A stretch of 64,000 bases of DNA from contig JALDTO010000206.1 of the NCBI GenBank assembly GCA_023515725.1, positions 1-64,000 of the forward strand, read 5' to 3'. How positions within the stretch are numbered: position 1 is the first letter of the stretch; every line of letters starts with the position of its first letter. The position numbers were made by a program, and so were the translations under genes. The stretch is from Amoeboaphelidium protococcarum X5 (Eukaryota > Fungi > Aphelidiomycota). The notes below the pieces were generated by a model. It ran no database searches. It was given only the letters and a program-made list of their open reading frames with translations, and had not been told where the DNA came from. Positions 25,868 through 39,267 of the stretch are shown here, in pieces.

Positions 25868-27915
25868 ATGGAATTTATAAAATCCATGACATTGAAGAGG
25901 ATTAATTCTAGAAAGAAATCAGTTTCTGGTATGTGTATAGTCATATAATCTGTGGGCATATATTTTGTATTGATTTAAAGCGTGTAGATGCTCATGCCAT
26001 CAGCTAGACGGAAGGTGCCACATTTTTCACCTTGAATCTGATGCAAGACTCATCTGAAGAGCCAGTGATTAAAGTCAGTCTCAATGCAACTAAAGTCTTA
26101 CCAGCTGCTGCCAATAACGATAATCCGCCCGCTACTGGTCTTGAAGAATCGCACCCTAATACCGGCAACATTAATAGCAAGATTGATGTGAAGAGCGAGA
26201 TTAAGCAACTGGCACAAGTGACGCGAGAATTCGCTCAGTAGGTGCTCAAAGATTTGAAATTTGTCGAGTCTCAGCGTAAGATTGTGGGAGATTTAAAGCC
26301 CACCGTGCGTATTGGCGGTCCTTCCAATTTCCAACATCTGGCGCATATTAACGACGATATTCTCAAAGAATTGGATAATGAGATTCTGGTGGATAGTAAA
26401 ATTCTCAGCGGCCAAGACAAGCTTAGTCATGAAGAGTATAGACTCTGGCGATGTACTTTACTTTCTCAATTGGAGCAGTTGAGTATATATCCATCATTTT
26501 ATCAGAGGAGGCGTGAGTTGTCAAAGAACAAGGCACTGTAAGAGCAGCTGCTTATCTCCGCGATTCCTTAACAGTTCAGGCGGCAAGTGTGGCTATTAAT
26601 GGTTGGAAATGATTTGAACATCACCGAGGAGCTATTTAATATCTTTTGGCGTCATGCTAGATCTACAGCGAATAGAGTATAGCTGAGGCGACACGTTGAG
26701 AGTAGTGGACTTTAGATGAGTACACCTCCAACCAGCAGGAGTAGCTCCACCATTTCATATGATGAGAGATCAGATGGCGATAAACTCTGTACTGACATTG
26801 ATAAGGAATAGAACGCTGTACTTGATGCCAAGTCAAAGCCGGTGACTATTGCAAGTAGACGCAGTTCTATGTCTCAATTCAATATGGATGATGATGATGA
26901 TGGTGATGATAACTATTGCCGTTAAGTTGAAGCCATGCACCGTGATGGTATAAATGATCAAGCTGATTAAGCCGCTTTAGAATAACATTATCAGCATTAT
27001 ATGTAAAAGTAGTAACAAGCAATGATGAGTCGGTCAATTCTTGGTTTAGAATCCTCAGTGGCTTTAATACCAGTCGACCTGCCACGAACAGTTGTAGATG
27101 TTAGAAAGCGATCTGTGACGCTGAATGCCATCAAGACTAAAATGAATCTATTGTCCGCTTAGATGATTGATGATAAATTTTAGTACCTGGACGGTATAGC
27201 TGAAGTTGATAATGCTGGCGATTTGATGTTCTCTAATTGTTTAGATTACGCCGGAGATGAACCTGCAACTTAATCAACATCACATTAATCATCGTCTTAT
27301 AAGATGAAGGCTGCGCTGGAAGCATTCGTATGCTATCGCCCAGATTATGGTTATGTACAAGGTATGTCCTACCTGGCTTCAATGATTACTGGCACATCAC
27401 CGCAAGATATATCCTCTTATGAGACATTTGTACTGCTAGCCAACCTGTTGCACCGACCTGTGCTCAGAGATTTCTACACCATGAACAATCTGTTGATCAA
27501 GCCGTATTTGGATGTCCATGCACAACTTTTGAGACTGCACTGTCCTCAGTTGAGTCTACACTTGCAACAATTGGACATTTCACCTGAAATGTATCTCATC
27601 GAATGGGTACTTACTGTATTTGCTCAAGTATGCCCTCTGGAGTAGGCGTATAAGATATGGGACATGTACGTGCTGAACGGCGATGTCTTCATATTACAAC
27701 TATCTGTCGCCGTTCTCATCATGGTGAAAGACACTTTGATCAATGGCGACTTTGAAAGGTGTGCAACTATACTGACAAGGAGCGAAGTATTGTAAGACTT
27801 GTTAATTTAGTAATCGGATGTTTTTCAAAAGCTCATTTAATGCTCATAATCCATCAAGCTGACTGATAAAGAATTGATTCGACTTTTGCATAAATGTTAG
27901 TCGAACTAGCTCTGA
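25868..27915 (+). CDS. TBC1D12/14-like Rab-GAP with N-terminal CRIB motif; intron 25929-25987
   Basis: IPQQFRRQVWLLMVGNDLNITEELF, LIPVDLPRT (Arg finger), YRPDYGYVQGMSYLA (Gln finger), EMYLIEWVLTVF and KIWDMY. Upstream motif IGGPSNFQHLAHI. Confidence 0.9.
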
Positions 27916-28054
27916 TATTTTTCAAAGTTACGAGTCTTGATGCATTGTATGATAATATAGTTGGTTCACAATATTACTCTTGTATTCATTTTTTAACCAT
28001 AAAGCGCAAATTATGTCAAATACTACTACTGTATAAATCACTATGAAATTACGT

Positions 28055-29074
28055 TCAAATGAATTGAAGAATTATTGCAGCAGATGGTACGAGATCCAAT
28101 TCTTTGAGAGTCTTGTTCATGTCAGCAGAGGTGAATTATTTGCGAGGGAACGTGGTGGACAGAGTAAACTACTGGGATAAATGATGATCATTGGTAAGTT
28201 GGCTACAAACTACAGACAGCGTATCATCTGACTTGCAGTTTAGTACAATTGGCGATTTTCCAGGTGCTCGCACTTGTAATCTAGACTCTGAATAATCACC
28301 CTTGATTTCAGGTGTGACTAGAGGACTATTAGCCTAAGGTAATACCTGTTAACTCATAGATTGATCACCACTTCCACCCTCTCTAAGCATCTTCTCCCTG
28401 GCAGCCTTCTCAGCCCTGGCGCGCTTATCAGCCTCAATCTACTCTTTGATCCGCTGCCTGGCCCGAAGATCCTCCTACTTCTGACGCTTCTACTCCTCCA
28501 ACTACTTCTTGATCAAATCCTCCTATGTCTTCTACTTCACCGCAGTAATCTCCTTGCCGGTGATACGTCGCATCTTCTCATTCTCCCTCTACCTCAACTT
28601 CTCCTCCTCTTGCTCCTTGGCTCTCTTCTCAGCCAGCTTCTACTTCAACTCCTCCAGCTTCAACCGCTTCTCCTCTTCAGTCAATGATTTCACCTCCTCC
28701 GTGCTCTCTGCAAAGTTCTAATGACCAGTCTTGGCGGCATGATACTCTGCAACCTGGGTGGATTTCAACAATTTCCCGCAATCTTGACACTGCAGACTCT
28801 TGGCATCTTGAGGCTGAGGTTCTAAACTATCACCTTCAATTTAGTCCAATGATGATGAAGACGAAGATGATTATTTTTAAGTACCACTACTAGAAACACT
28901 AGAAAGAGTCAAGACAGGACCTTGTGGTAGAGGCTAGTCTATATCAGGATCATCTTAGTGTTCCAAGATCCAGTCCAACGCAGGTTATAAGCCGGCATTC
29001 TTTGTAGCCCTCAATGCTTTCTCCACTCTAATCGAGGGAAATCCCATTCCCAATAATTGATCCTTGTCAGTCAT
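28055..29074 (-). CDS. UBA-C2H2-coiled coil-UBX protein (UBXN1/SAKS1-like p97 adaptor), 339 aa
   Basis: MTDKDQLLGMGFPSIRVEKALRATKNAGLQPALDWILEH (UBA), a C2H2-like ...EYHAAKTGH region, an EEKR-rich coil, and UBX end FPRKQFTSADMNKTLKELDLVPSAAII. Confidence 0.88.
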
Positions 29075-29182
29075 ATATACACTATAATCTACACCAGTTT
29101 CAAATATAGTTTATCCTAATTGCACTTTAAATTGTTTCACTTCCAAAGTCGGCGATCTTTCACTTGGCGGAAAAAAAGAAAC

Positions 29183-29195
29183 GAGAGAGAGAGAG

Positions 29196-29232
<37 letters not shown>
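29183..29232. repeat. Compound (GA)8(GT)17 microsatellite upstream of the UBX gene
   Basis: Directly visible. Confidence 0.95.
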
Positions 29233-29235
<3 letters not shown>

Positions 29236-29744
29236 CGACCAGAATATCTTCATAAGGCAAAAAAGACATTGCGAGAGAATGGACTAAACTGCCTCGAATA
29301 AAGTGTATCCGCTTACTAGTATTATACATACCGTATATTTCCTGCGACACAATCCATTCCTTACGCCTTATACTGGTCGTTGCTCTGCCATTAAACAATT
29401 TAAAGCAAATTTAATACCGCCTAAGCTCATCCATCTTCAGAATCATAGTGGACATCTGTTGATTGACTTCTTACAGTTTCGCTTTAATAATAATCATCGT
29501 GTTTTAAAAAATGGATTGATCGTAACGCCACTTTCAGACGCGATAAAGTTACAGGGGTACGTCCGCCATAAAACAGCGTAAATCGCTTTAAGCTAAAGGT
29601 ACTTGAAATCTTCTTGATACATTGTACGGAGAATGAATTCAAAGAACTTGATAGGCATGCGCAACTAACAACGGGGAAGAACGCAAGAAACAGCTTATTA
29701 CTATTAGATAAGCGTAAGGATAATTAACTTCTCTACCTGGTTCT

Positions 29745-30020
29745 GGTCCTAAAACTTTATTTTCAACTTTAAAATAACTATAGTGTGTTGAAATCTACAA
29801 ATTTAATAGACTTAGATCATTCTAAAGTGTCTCGCGGGCGGTTTAGAGCAGTCATCCCCTTCGGAGAAAATTTCTCCCAACTCAAGCACACTCGGAGAAA
29901 ATGTCTCCGGCCGCAGTCCTGAGTCACACACCTTTAAATTCGACCTGAAAATAGTCTAGGCACCTCAGAATATGCATATTCTAAAGGTACATGTCATTTA
30001 AAAGTGTCTCGCTGCAAAAG
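29745..30020. repeat. Dispersed repeat (copy 2; partial tandem of the ~180-bp unit) with CGG-N11-CC(G/C) palindromes
   Basis: CGGAGAAAATTTCTCCC (29862-29878) and CGGAGAAAATGTCTCCG (29893-29909), then ggccgcagtcctgagtcacaca...aaaagtgtctcgctgcaa, matching the reverse complement of 4110-4220. The aaagtgtctcgc segment also occurs at 29824, implying a degenerate preceding unit. Confidence 0.8.
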
Positions 30021-30539
30021 TGGAGTCGCCATCCCGTGCAGATGATACCTTAGAGAGGTAGAAGGGATACCGCCAATACATTAATCGAAGTTGAGTTGAA
30101 CCTCATGCACTGATCCCGCCAAAATGTGTCCGAGATGTGTAATCTACAGTAAATTCAACTAAGATAATCTAAACATAGCAGAATATCAAATGTTTAAGCA
30201 AGCACTCTGCTAAAAGGAATGATACCGGTTATCAAAAGAAGTATCGGCCACAGTCTCTGATCCGCAAGTAATTGCATGCAGTATAACAGCGAGACACATT
30301 CAATGCACGAATAAATAAGTCGGCAGTTCCCGCACGATAACAATTAGAGCGATAGATTGAGAAATGACGAACGACCAAAAGTTAATAGAGCGTGTGAAAA
30401 AATTCAATCGCTCGCTTTGATTTTTTAGCTTTGGCAGACTCTCTAAATCTCTCTCCTTTCCATTTCACACACACACACACACCGCTTCATCTTCATCTTC
30501 ATTGTCTTATTGTATTACTATCATTACAAATAGCTTAAT

Positions 30540-33500
30540 ATGAAGTTCGGCAAGTATCTAGAGAGGGAGCAGAGGCTGGAATGGTCTGGTAAATATATTG
30601 ATTACAAGGGGTTGAAAAAGATTGTGGCACAAGTGGTAGAGAATCAAATGGAATCTGCTAGTAATCATCAGTAGGTCCGGCAGTAAGATGCAATGTTTAC
30701 GGCAGGCCCTGAGGCTACTGTAACTTCTTGTTCTTCTTCTGTTGGTGATAATGGGGGTATTAATAATGGTGGCAATAGTCGCCGTTAATCTTCCTCCTCA
30801 AGTGTTGATGAAGTTGAATTCTTCTACGCTCTGGATCGAGAGGTGGAGAAGGTGAATGCATTTTACTTGTACAAGTCGACAGAGCTTGACAGGCGATTCA
30901 ACATCTTGAAGGATAAGCTGGCTCTGATTCAATAGATTTCCAGTTGTCCGGATAAGCACTAGTTGGAGTCTATGCTGTCTGCTATCCAGTCTCTGGAGGA
31001 TAATGTTAATCTCCTGTTAGAGTATACGCACGTTAATCGAGAGGGCTTCCGGAAGATTTTGAAAAAGTATGACAAGAAGACTGGTAGTTCTATACAGGAT
31101 GATGTTATGGCGTCCAAAATTAATATTCAGCCTTTTGTGATTTACTCCACACTTACTGATATTGTGTCTTGTATCGAATAGATTAGAAGTTCTCTATTAC
31201 AGTGCAGCAATGTTGAATTGAAGGTGGAAGATGACTATAATGTGATTTTGGATTAGGCGGTAGCTGCTCTGTAATCTAATGATACCGCTGCACTTGACTC
31301 CATAATGGGCAATATTGTACATGAAGACAATAATAGTAATTTGAACGTCTTCTTCAAGATTGTAATGATTGCGTGTTAGGTGAAGGCTATCGATTAACTC
31401 AAGTTTATATGTGGCAAATATGGCCATCTACTCCATCAGTTTGATTCGGTGAAGGAGTAGAATTTCATTCATAATTATGTTTAGCGTTAAGGTGATTTTG
31501 GCCAGATTATGAAGGATCTTACTCTCGCTGACTATTATCTTTCTACCACCTCTACTGATTAAGATAGTGACCAAGTTTTGCGTGTGCTATTGTCGAGTAG
31601 TAAAGACTTGAAAAGCTTATTAATGAAGTAGGATTATGATGGGAAGTTGCCATTGCATTATTGTGCGTTGAATAATTCTAAAGTGATTATGAAAGTCTTA
31701 CTAGAATTTTACCTCCCATTTTGGAGCGAATTGGAGTAGATTTGGTATGATAATGATGGATTCACTCCTATCATTTATGCTGTCATTAAAGGGCACTCTG
31801 AGGTGGTTTAAGAGTTGCTTGCGATTAAAAAGATCAACTTGAATACACACCAACTTGCTGTGATGGATAATGAATAGTTGAATGTCATCTCTCATCGACT
31901 TAATCATATGCCGCTCCTATTATATGCTGCAAAGTATGGGCATGCGGAGGTTATTAAGCTCTTACTGGACCATGGAGCAGATGTTTAGGTGTATAATGAA
32001 GATGGTCAGAATGTTTGTCATATGGTGTCCAGGCAGGGTAATATTTCATGTATTAATGTTCTAATGTCCAAAGAATAGCACAAAATATCTGATACTGTGC
32101 GTGAATAGCTTTACGATAAAGCGGATCTGGTAAATGGTTGGACTCCGCTCTTCTATGCAGTGACGGAAGGTCATTTGAAATTTGCTGAAATACTGTTGGC
32201 TGATGTTAAGGTGAATTGTCTCTCTTTGGACAGTAATGGTTGGTCATGTTATGAGCATGCGATATTCAGAGGCTATTGGGACATTGCAAAGTTGATCAAA
32301 GCGTTTAGTCTCTCACCATCGCTAAAGAATATGGATATTGCCAGTACGGAGAGTAGTCCGTCTTTCAGATTCAGTCCAAAAATGGTTCGTCCTAATGGCG
32401 GCAATGGTGCAGGCGGTGGTGGTGGTGGGAGTAGTAAGGATAAAGGTAGTCGTGTTTATGGCCATTAGACTATTGCGAATTAGTGTCTTTTGGCTGTATC
32501 ACTTGGTTGGAATGATATCAAGGCTAATGTGATGCCTGTCAAGTTGAATGATAGCTCAATACCAACTCAATCCGTTCTATCCCTCGTGGTGCATGGTGAG
32601 AACTTGGTTGGGGAAAAGTCGTATGTTGATCTACCAGTGAAGAATCCATCTGAGCCCATCATCTTCCATACCACGCCTGGACAAGATTCGGTAAAGAATG
32701 TTGTATTGAGATTTGATATCATGCCAACGTTTGGTCTCAATGGCAAAAAGATTATTGGGCGTGCAGTTGCAATACTTTCTGATCCGGGGGATGATGTGAA
32801 AGTTGGTTCATACAATGGTGCTGTGATTCGTGTCAATGCACCCATTATGAATAGTCAGCTGGCCATTATCGGTAGAATCAAGTTTGAGTATGTTGTTATT
32901 AAGCCATTCCAACATCCCAAGGCTTCCATCGGATCTAAGCAGACTTATTGGAAATCTGTATCCACTAAGATTATTGGTCATCGTGGTGCTGGTGCTAATC
33001 AAAGTGGCCGCTCTGGCAGTCTTTAAGTCGGCGAGAACACAGTGTTATCATTTATTACTGCTGCATCTCTCGGTGCTGAGTATGTGGAATTCGATGTCCA
33101 GGTGACAAAAGATCTTGTGCCCGTTATATATCACGACTTTATCCTCAGCGAGACTGGACTCAACGTTGCTGTGAACAGTGTGACTCTGAATGAATTCCAG
33201 ACTCTTGGCCCATAGAGATAGTAGAAGCCAAAATCTAATAATAATAGAAGAACGCGTAATACCAGCTTTGATGATTCCAATTTCACCTCCAATAATTAAA
33301 GGCGCTCTTAGAAAGAATATGAAGAGACTGATTAGTTTTCCGACAATGTTGCCACAATGTCTGATGATTAGAACCTTAAAAGGATGCTCACTATACAGGA
33401 GAAGAACATGAGTGAAGGTGTACTGTAAGCCCTCAATCATTGGCATATGCAGAGCAATGGAGGTGCATCAGGAGACGCTAATCCTAAAATTTAAAAGGTG

Positions 33501-34172
33501 AGACATCATGGAGGAAGATCTGATAATGCTATACAAGCTCCATTTGCCACGCTGTAAGACGCGTTTAAAATGGTTCCTGCTAATATTGGATTCAATATTG
33601 AAGTCAAGTATCCGACAGAGCAGGAAGCCGAGTAGTTCGGATTCAAAGGATCTGATTTAAATGTATTTGTTGACCAGATTCTGCATTGTGTCTTTGATTA
33701 TGCTGGTAGCAGACCTATCCTGTTTTCGTCATTCCACCCTGAGGCGTGTCTGATGCTCAATATGAAGCAATCCAATTATCCAGTATTCTTCCTCACTGAT
33801 AGCGGATCAACGCTAACTTATGATTACCGCTGTAATTCCCTCCAAGAAGCTGTCAGATTCGCCAAGTTTGCAGATCTCCTTGGCATTGTGACGGTGAGTG
33901 ATCCGCTGGTGGAAGCTCCTAATCTGTGCAAAGTGGTCAAGCAGAATGGATTACTGCTCTTCTCATTTGGTCGTCTGAATAATTAGGTGGAAAATTTTGA
34001 TTTGTAACGGAGATATGGAGTCGATGCTGTCATTGTAGATAAGATCCTACCAATTGTAAATATGTCAAAATACGCCAACAGTGCTACTAATAATAATAAC
34101 AATAACTCTTCCGCCTCGTCAACACACAACAACAATGGATCGAGTAATGAGTCTTCCTAATCCAAGAGATGA
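30540..34172 (+). CDS. GDE1: SPX-ankyrin-GDPD glycerophosphocholine phosphodiesterase Gde1, ~1210 aa
   Basis: MKFGKYL...YIDYKGLKK and [14 protein letters not shown] (SPX), ankyrin [50 protein letters not shown] and LFSSFHPE (GDPD). Confidence 0.94.
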
Positions 34173-34416
34173 AAATATAAGACTTAATGCATCTACTGTA
34201 TTGTATTCAATTACTTTGATGTTCATCTCAACATACGCGAATTCTTAAAAAGCTGGTCAAAGTATTTCTTGTAAGATCCATCCATCATTACCACTTTCCG
34301 AGGTAGATTTTTCTCTCAGATTGGAAAGAGTTTTAAACGCCGTCGCCCCTTCCATGTGCACTCTCTTTTTACACTTTTAATCCTATCATTGATCGATAAA
34401 ATCAGTTTATTACATT

Positions 34417-35235
34417 ATGTTTAGATTGACGCGGTATTAAAATACTTTGAGTTATCTCGCTACTAGGAGAATATCAGTAGGCTCAAGAATCTTGCTATAG
34501 AACGCGTTAGAATCTGTAAATGGTGGTGATAATGCAGTTGGCGGGGATTTCATTTTAACGTCAACAGAGAACATCAATGATATGGAGAAGGTTGAGTAGC
34601 AAAGTGATAACATGGATAAACCAGATCCTGTGAGTATCAGTATCAAGTAAATGATGGACGCTGGATTGCATCTGGGGCACAGCACAGAGATATGGCATCC
34701 GAATATGTTGCCATTCATTTACGGTCGCCGCAATGGAATTCACATCATTAATCTGGAGCATACGCTGACGTATCTTAGACGCGCTCTTAACGTTACGAGA
34801 GAAGTTGCCAAGCAGGGAGGTGTTATACTGTTTGTTGGTATGCGCCCATTCCAGCGAAATATTTTAATCTAGAGCGCGAATTATTGTAATCAGTTCTACG
34901 TGCACAACACCTGGATGCCTGGCAGTCTAGTCAACCATAAACACGCTCTTAAACGCGCCAGTGCTGATGGTGTTATGCTACAGCCTGATCTGGTTATTCT
35001 GCTGGATCCGAATGAGAGTCGCGAGTGTTTGGATGAGTGCCTCAAAGTTAAGGTGCCAACCATTGGCTTGTGCGATACAGACTGTGATCCTCAACAAGTT
35101 AGTTATCCTATCCCTGGTAATGATGATTCCACAGCTTCTGTTGAACTCATCGCATACCTTCTCTCTTGTGCAGCTAAAGAGGGCCGCGATGAGCGACTGA
35201 TGAGTATTGGTGAGACTGGTGATAACAGTAATTGA
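34417..35235 (+). CDS. MRPS2: Mitochondrial ribosomal protein uS2m, 272 aa
   Basis: Presequence-like MFRLTRY..., AGLHLGHSTEIWHPNMLPFIYGRRNGIHIINLE, PTIGLCDTDCDP and YPIPGNDDS. Confidence 0.93.
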
Positions 35236-35354
35236 CTATGAACGCAAGTAGAATAGGCTTTTATCATATATATCAATGTATTATCTTCATGTCAAATCTT
35301 TCACAAGCTTTTTTACATTAACGTCTGTTTTTATCAGCGGGTAACATTATTCAA

Positions 35355-36737
35355 TCAAAGCAGAATCTTGTAGTAGTTCTACTCTGCGATATCATCTTTG
35401 AATCTTGGGACAAAGTTAATGACTTTGATCTCTGTGAATCCCTCCTATAAATCAGGCTATTCATAATTAAGTCTGTATTATTCATATGCAGAGTTAGGTA
35501 CTGATTATCGTTCGCCAATAATCTTTCGGAATTGATTGTTATGCTTGCAGTGCAGTTCAGATACATTAAACTTGAAGCATCGCACAGGGAGACCACAGTC
35601 CTTTGCCAATCTTATATACTATTGACGGACATGCTTGGAAGGATTAGTGTTATCAATAACTACGCGCTTGCCTTATGTGAGTAGCTACTTTGCAACATCG
35701 ATACATTTCTATCCACTCCCCAAACTATCTTAGTTGACTCGCGAATAATCTTTAAGATACGTGGCGCAGAAGGTACTTTTACCACACCCAGGGAATCCAA
35801 CTAGTATTATCATCTCCTATTAATTTTCATCAAGAGGTAATAGAGGAGAAGATGTTGGTTCAAATAGAGGAGGAGTATCGGCATTCTTAACATTGAGTGG
35901 ATCAAATAGAGGAACTTTAGAATCAGGTTATACCTACTAAGCCCCATTTGTATCAGAATCTTTGTATATTGCAGAAGTAGGTTACTCGCCCAGAAAATAC
36001 TCTTCAGGAGTGTAAAACTTTAAGCCAGATCTCTTTGCGAAATGATAATCTGCATCAGAATGATCAGCTTTGCGATTAGTGCCTGCATGAGAACGACCAG
36101 CAGCATCTCCCACGTAGAATGATTATTCCATATCGATCACGTTAGTCATATAGCTATAACCAGAATGAATTTCACCATCCTCAAGTGCAAGCGGTTATCT
36201 ACCTCTTAGCTCTTATATGAATCTAAATATTCCAATGTTAGGTTTCCGGAACTGATCATCAGCACCGGCTGCGAATATAGTCAAAGGCACCTCCAGCTGC
36301 TAGCATATAGCCTCCAACTTTCGCTTCCACTGACCATCTCTGCGTTAGGTGAATAGATTAAGCTGATTCGATATGATGATTATAGAGTACCCTTGTTCGT
36401 GACATTCCCGCACTTTACCCAGCGTAATCTTTGGGTGCAACCATTTCCAATCAAACTCGCTCTTGGGAAATGTATGACTACCCTTGGTAGTAATGAGCGT
36501 ACCATCCAAGTCAAAGCAAGCGATTTTACCATCTATAAGCAGTGGACGGGATGAAAAATCTTTGAATAAGCATTGCCCATGAAGAAGAGTCGGAGGACCA
36601 TCATCTATCCATTTAACAATCATTTTATCCTCTTGAGCATTCTTAATCGCTGATCCAAAGTACTAATCAATATGTCGCCGCTTTTGCTCATTATTCTAAC
36701 TGACATTATTCCGCTTATTTTGCTACTACCTCTTCAT
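35355..36737 (-). CDS. PNKP: Bifunctional polynucleotide phosphatase/kinase, 460 aa
   Basis: [14 protein letters not shown] (HAD), [17 protein letters not shown]-loop [18 protein letters not shown] and C-terminal EPDLQEGFTEI. Confidence 0.93.
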
Positions 36738-37099
36738 TACTGTTAGAACGCGCTCTAGCCTCTCGCACGTAATCGAATTACTGTGTCTAATGATAACAAT
36801 ATCTAAAGTACTTTCGCTAATTAAAATTCAGTGTTAAGCGCGCAAGGTTTGAGTGAAATGGTGAGAAACCCGGTTTGACTGATTTATCGTAGTTCATGCA
36901 ACAAGTGTCCAATGCAACATTGTAAGACAATAGAAACATCAAATGATTTTCTATCGCAACTTTAAATAATAAAAGAAATGATTATTGGAAGCTATTTCAC
37001 ATATATGAGTGTTCGCTTTGATTACCAGGAGGTTCTTACTTAGCGTCCTATGGAATTACTTGAAGTAGTTGAACCGTTGATGTGATATTAGTAAGCCCA

Positions 37100-37830
37100 G
37101 CTCTTGCGAGCCAAAACCTGGACAGCTCCCATACATATGATAAAATAATAACGCAACTATAATGTCGATATTTAAAGAATCTTTGCAGCATGACTTCACA
37201 TAATCTCTCGGAACTAACGCTTTCGGGATTTCACCATCAGGATGTCTCTAGATCGGTCTTGTAAGATTAGATATAACGCACTCCGATCCCAATCCATCGG
37301 CGTGATAGTGATATGGGCAAGCTTCGTCCTTACCGACAGAATCATTACGAGCTCTATTGACGCGTCTTTCAAATTCCCTGAGGGCGTACTCATAGCACAA
37401 ACTAGAAGTATTAAGCTCCGGCACAACAATTACTCTTGCATACCCGCTCAAAAGGTCAATAAATTTTCTGACAGGAACAGATTGCTGTTGACACGGCCAG
37501 AGAATGCCCATGCTCCATAGTAGACTGCAAATTTATCACGATACCGACTTTGCAAATCGGCAACACCAAGTGCTGTCTCGAATAGATCCAGCGTAACATG
37601 CTTTTGGTAAACTTTCTATTCATGCTGTAGCTTGAGAGGTAGCTCACAGTGTACACAATGTCCGGACGCGTTCCAACCATCAGGTACATGACACTACTGA
37701 CAAGACTTCTGTAGATCTCCTTCTTCAGAGGACTCGACGGAATGCTCCCGCACTTTTTCAACATCGGAGTTAATACAGCTTTAGCATTTTCCATATCAAA
37801 TCTTTGCAGGATCTTGTCACATGCTGTAGC
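37100..37830 (-). mobile_element. Degenerate Ty1/copia reverse transcriptase-RNase H remnant
   Basis: ILQRFDMENAKAVLTPM...YRSLVSSVMYLMVGTRPDIVYTVSYLS is the copia RT C-terminal motif. Downstream ILWPCQQQSV resembles decayed ISWxSKKQ and is in a different frame. Boundaries are approximate. Confidence 0.8.
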
Positions 37831-39267
37831 TTGAGGATGACGGCTCTGAAACTGTAATACGACTGCAGGACACTATTGCCAACAGACTGAACATCTACAT
37901 TCAGTATACCATAATGCTTCTCGGCAATTTTAGTGCTATAGCCACGTTATTGATCATAAGGTGGCTATGCTGTAGTTCATCTCTACTCTTCCATTCTAGA
38001 GTAAGAGTCACGTAGGGTAATTGTCAGTTTGAGAGTATCACCGTGGCTCTTGGACAACTTATACTGTTGGGCTACTGGCACAAACTCCAAAAACAATTAA
38101 CCATGTACAGCGTCTCCCTAACTCGTGCCAAATAATCATCTTTGGATATCACACCGAGATGAGCATCGCCAAGTTATACTAGATCAGCAGGGCAATTTTA
38201 CTAACGTTTGGAGGGACAAAAGTAGGCAATATAATTATTTTGGCCTGGATCTATTGCAATCTCAGTCACTACTATACTGTATTCAACTTTAGGATCTAGA
38301 AACTTGAAGCAAATCCTGCGACACGATTTGTTATTCGCAAACTCCTAATTCATACCCGGCTCCATCCTCTCTTGCTCTAGCTTTAATTCAAACTCAGCAG
38401 CAGAATCTTATGAGCATTCAGAATAGGCATCCTAATCAGGCCGTGCATTCTAGTGGCCAATTTACTAGACAGAATCAACTTCATTCAACTATTGCGCGCC
38501 TTGCACATTCAGGATGTGTTCTACTGTTAGAAACGTAATAAGTAGAAATAAAATAATAACCAATTATTATAATTTCTACTTCACTTGGAACAAGTAATAT
38601 GATCATTTTTCAATCACGTTGTACGTTTTTCATCACAACCTAACATCTACCAAGCAATACCTAGTAGCTTTACTGCCCATTAAATAGAAGATTTAACTGC
38701 CGCCCACATACTTTTTGAATTTCAAACAGATTAACCATCGGAACTGGGCAAACCTTTATCCGCCCAGTTGGATAGAACGGAACAAATACACGTAAATACC
38801 TAGTGGAAATTTATCACCAATTTTATATCATTACGAGATAAGCAAGATCTTTCGTAGTCCCGGGAGAATCAGGATCATCAGGCCGATGTGCATCTTCCTC
38901 TAATCAATCACTGACATTATATTAAATGGCATTTCCACCAATAAGCTTTAATCTTCTTGCAGTCTTATACAATGCGTCTAATCATAGGGAAAGCAAGAGC
39001 AGTATTCACAAAAAAATTTAATAGTTTAAAAAACGTCTCCTGACTGGTAGTAGATACACTCAATGTTGGATAAAATTTTAGGGTTTTCGAGTGTTTTGAA
39101 AAAGGAGAAGAAGTGCTCAATGAGTAACAGACAAGCTTATAAAAAGATAAAAACCATATCTATAATGATTCAGAGAAGTAAAGAAGAGAAAAGTATCGTC
39201 GATGACAATAAAGTCAATTTCGCATTATGAAAACAATCATTCAATGGATCCAGAAGGTAGTGAGTAG

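Noticed and set aside
29862-29909. CRISPR-like reading of the palindromic repeats
   Set aside because: Only two units with a 14-bp spacer, in a eukaryotic context, and no cas genes.
38024-38520. ~165-codon TGA-free frame on the minus strand next to the copia remnant
   Set aside because: No clear start and no recognisable motif. Such lengths are not significant when only one stop codon exists.
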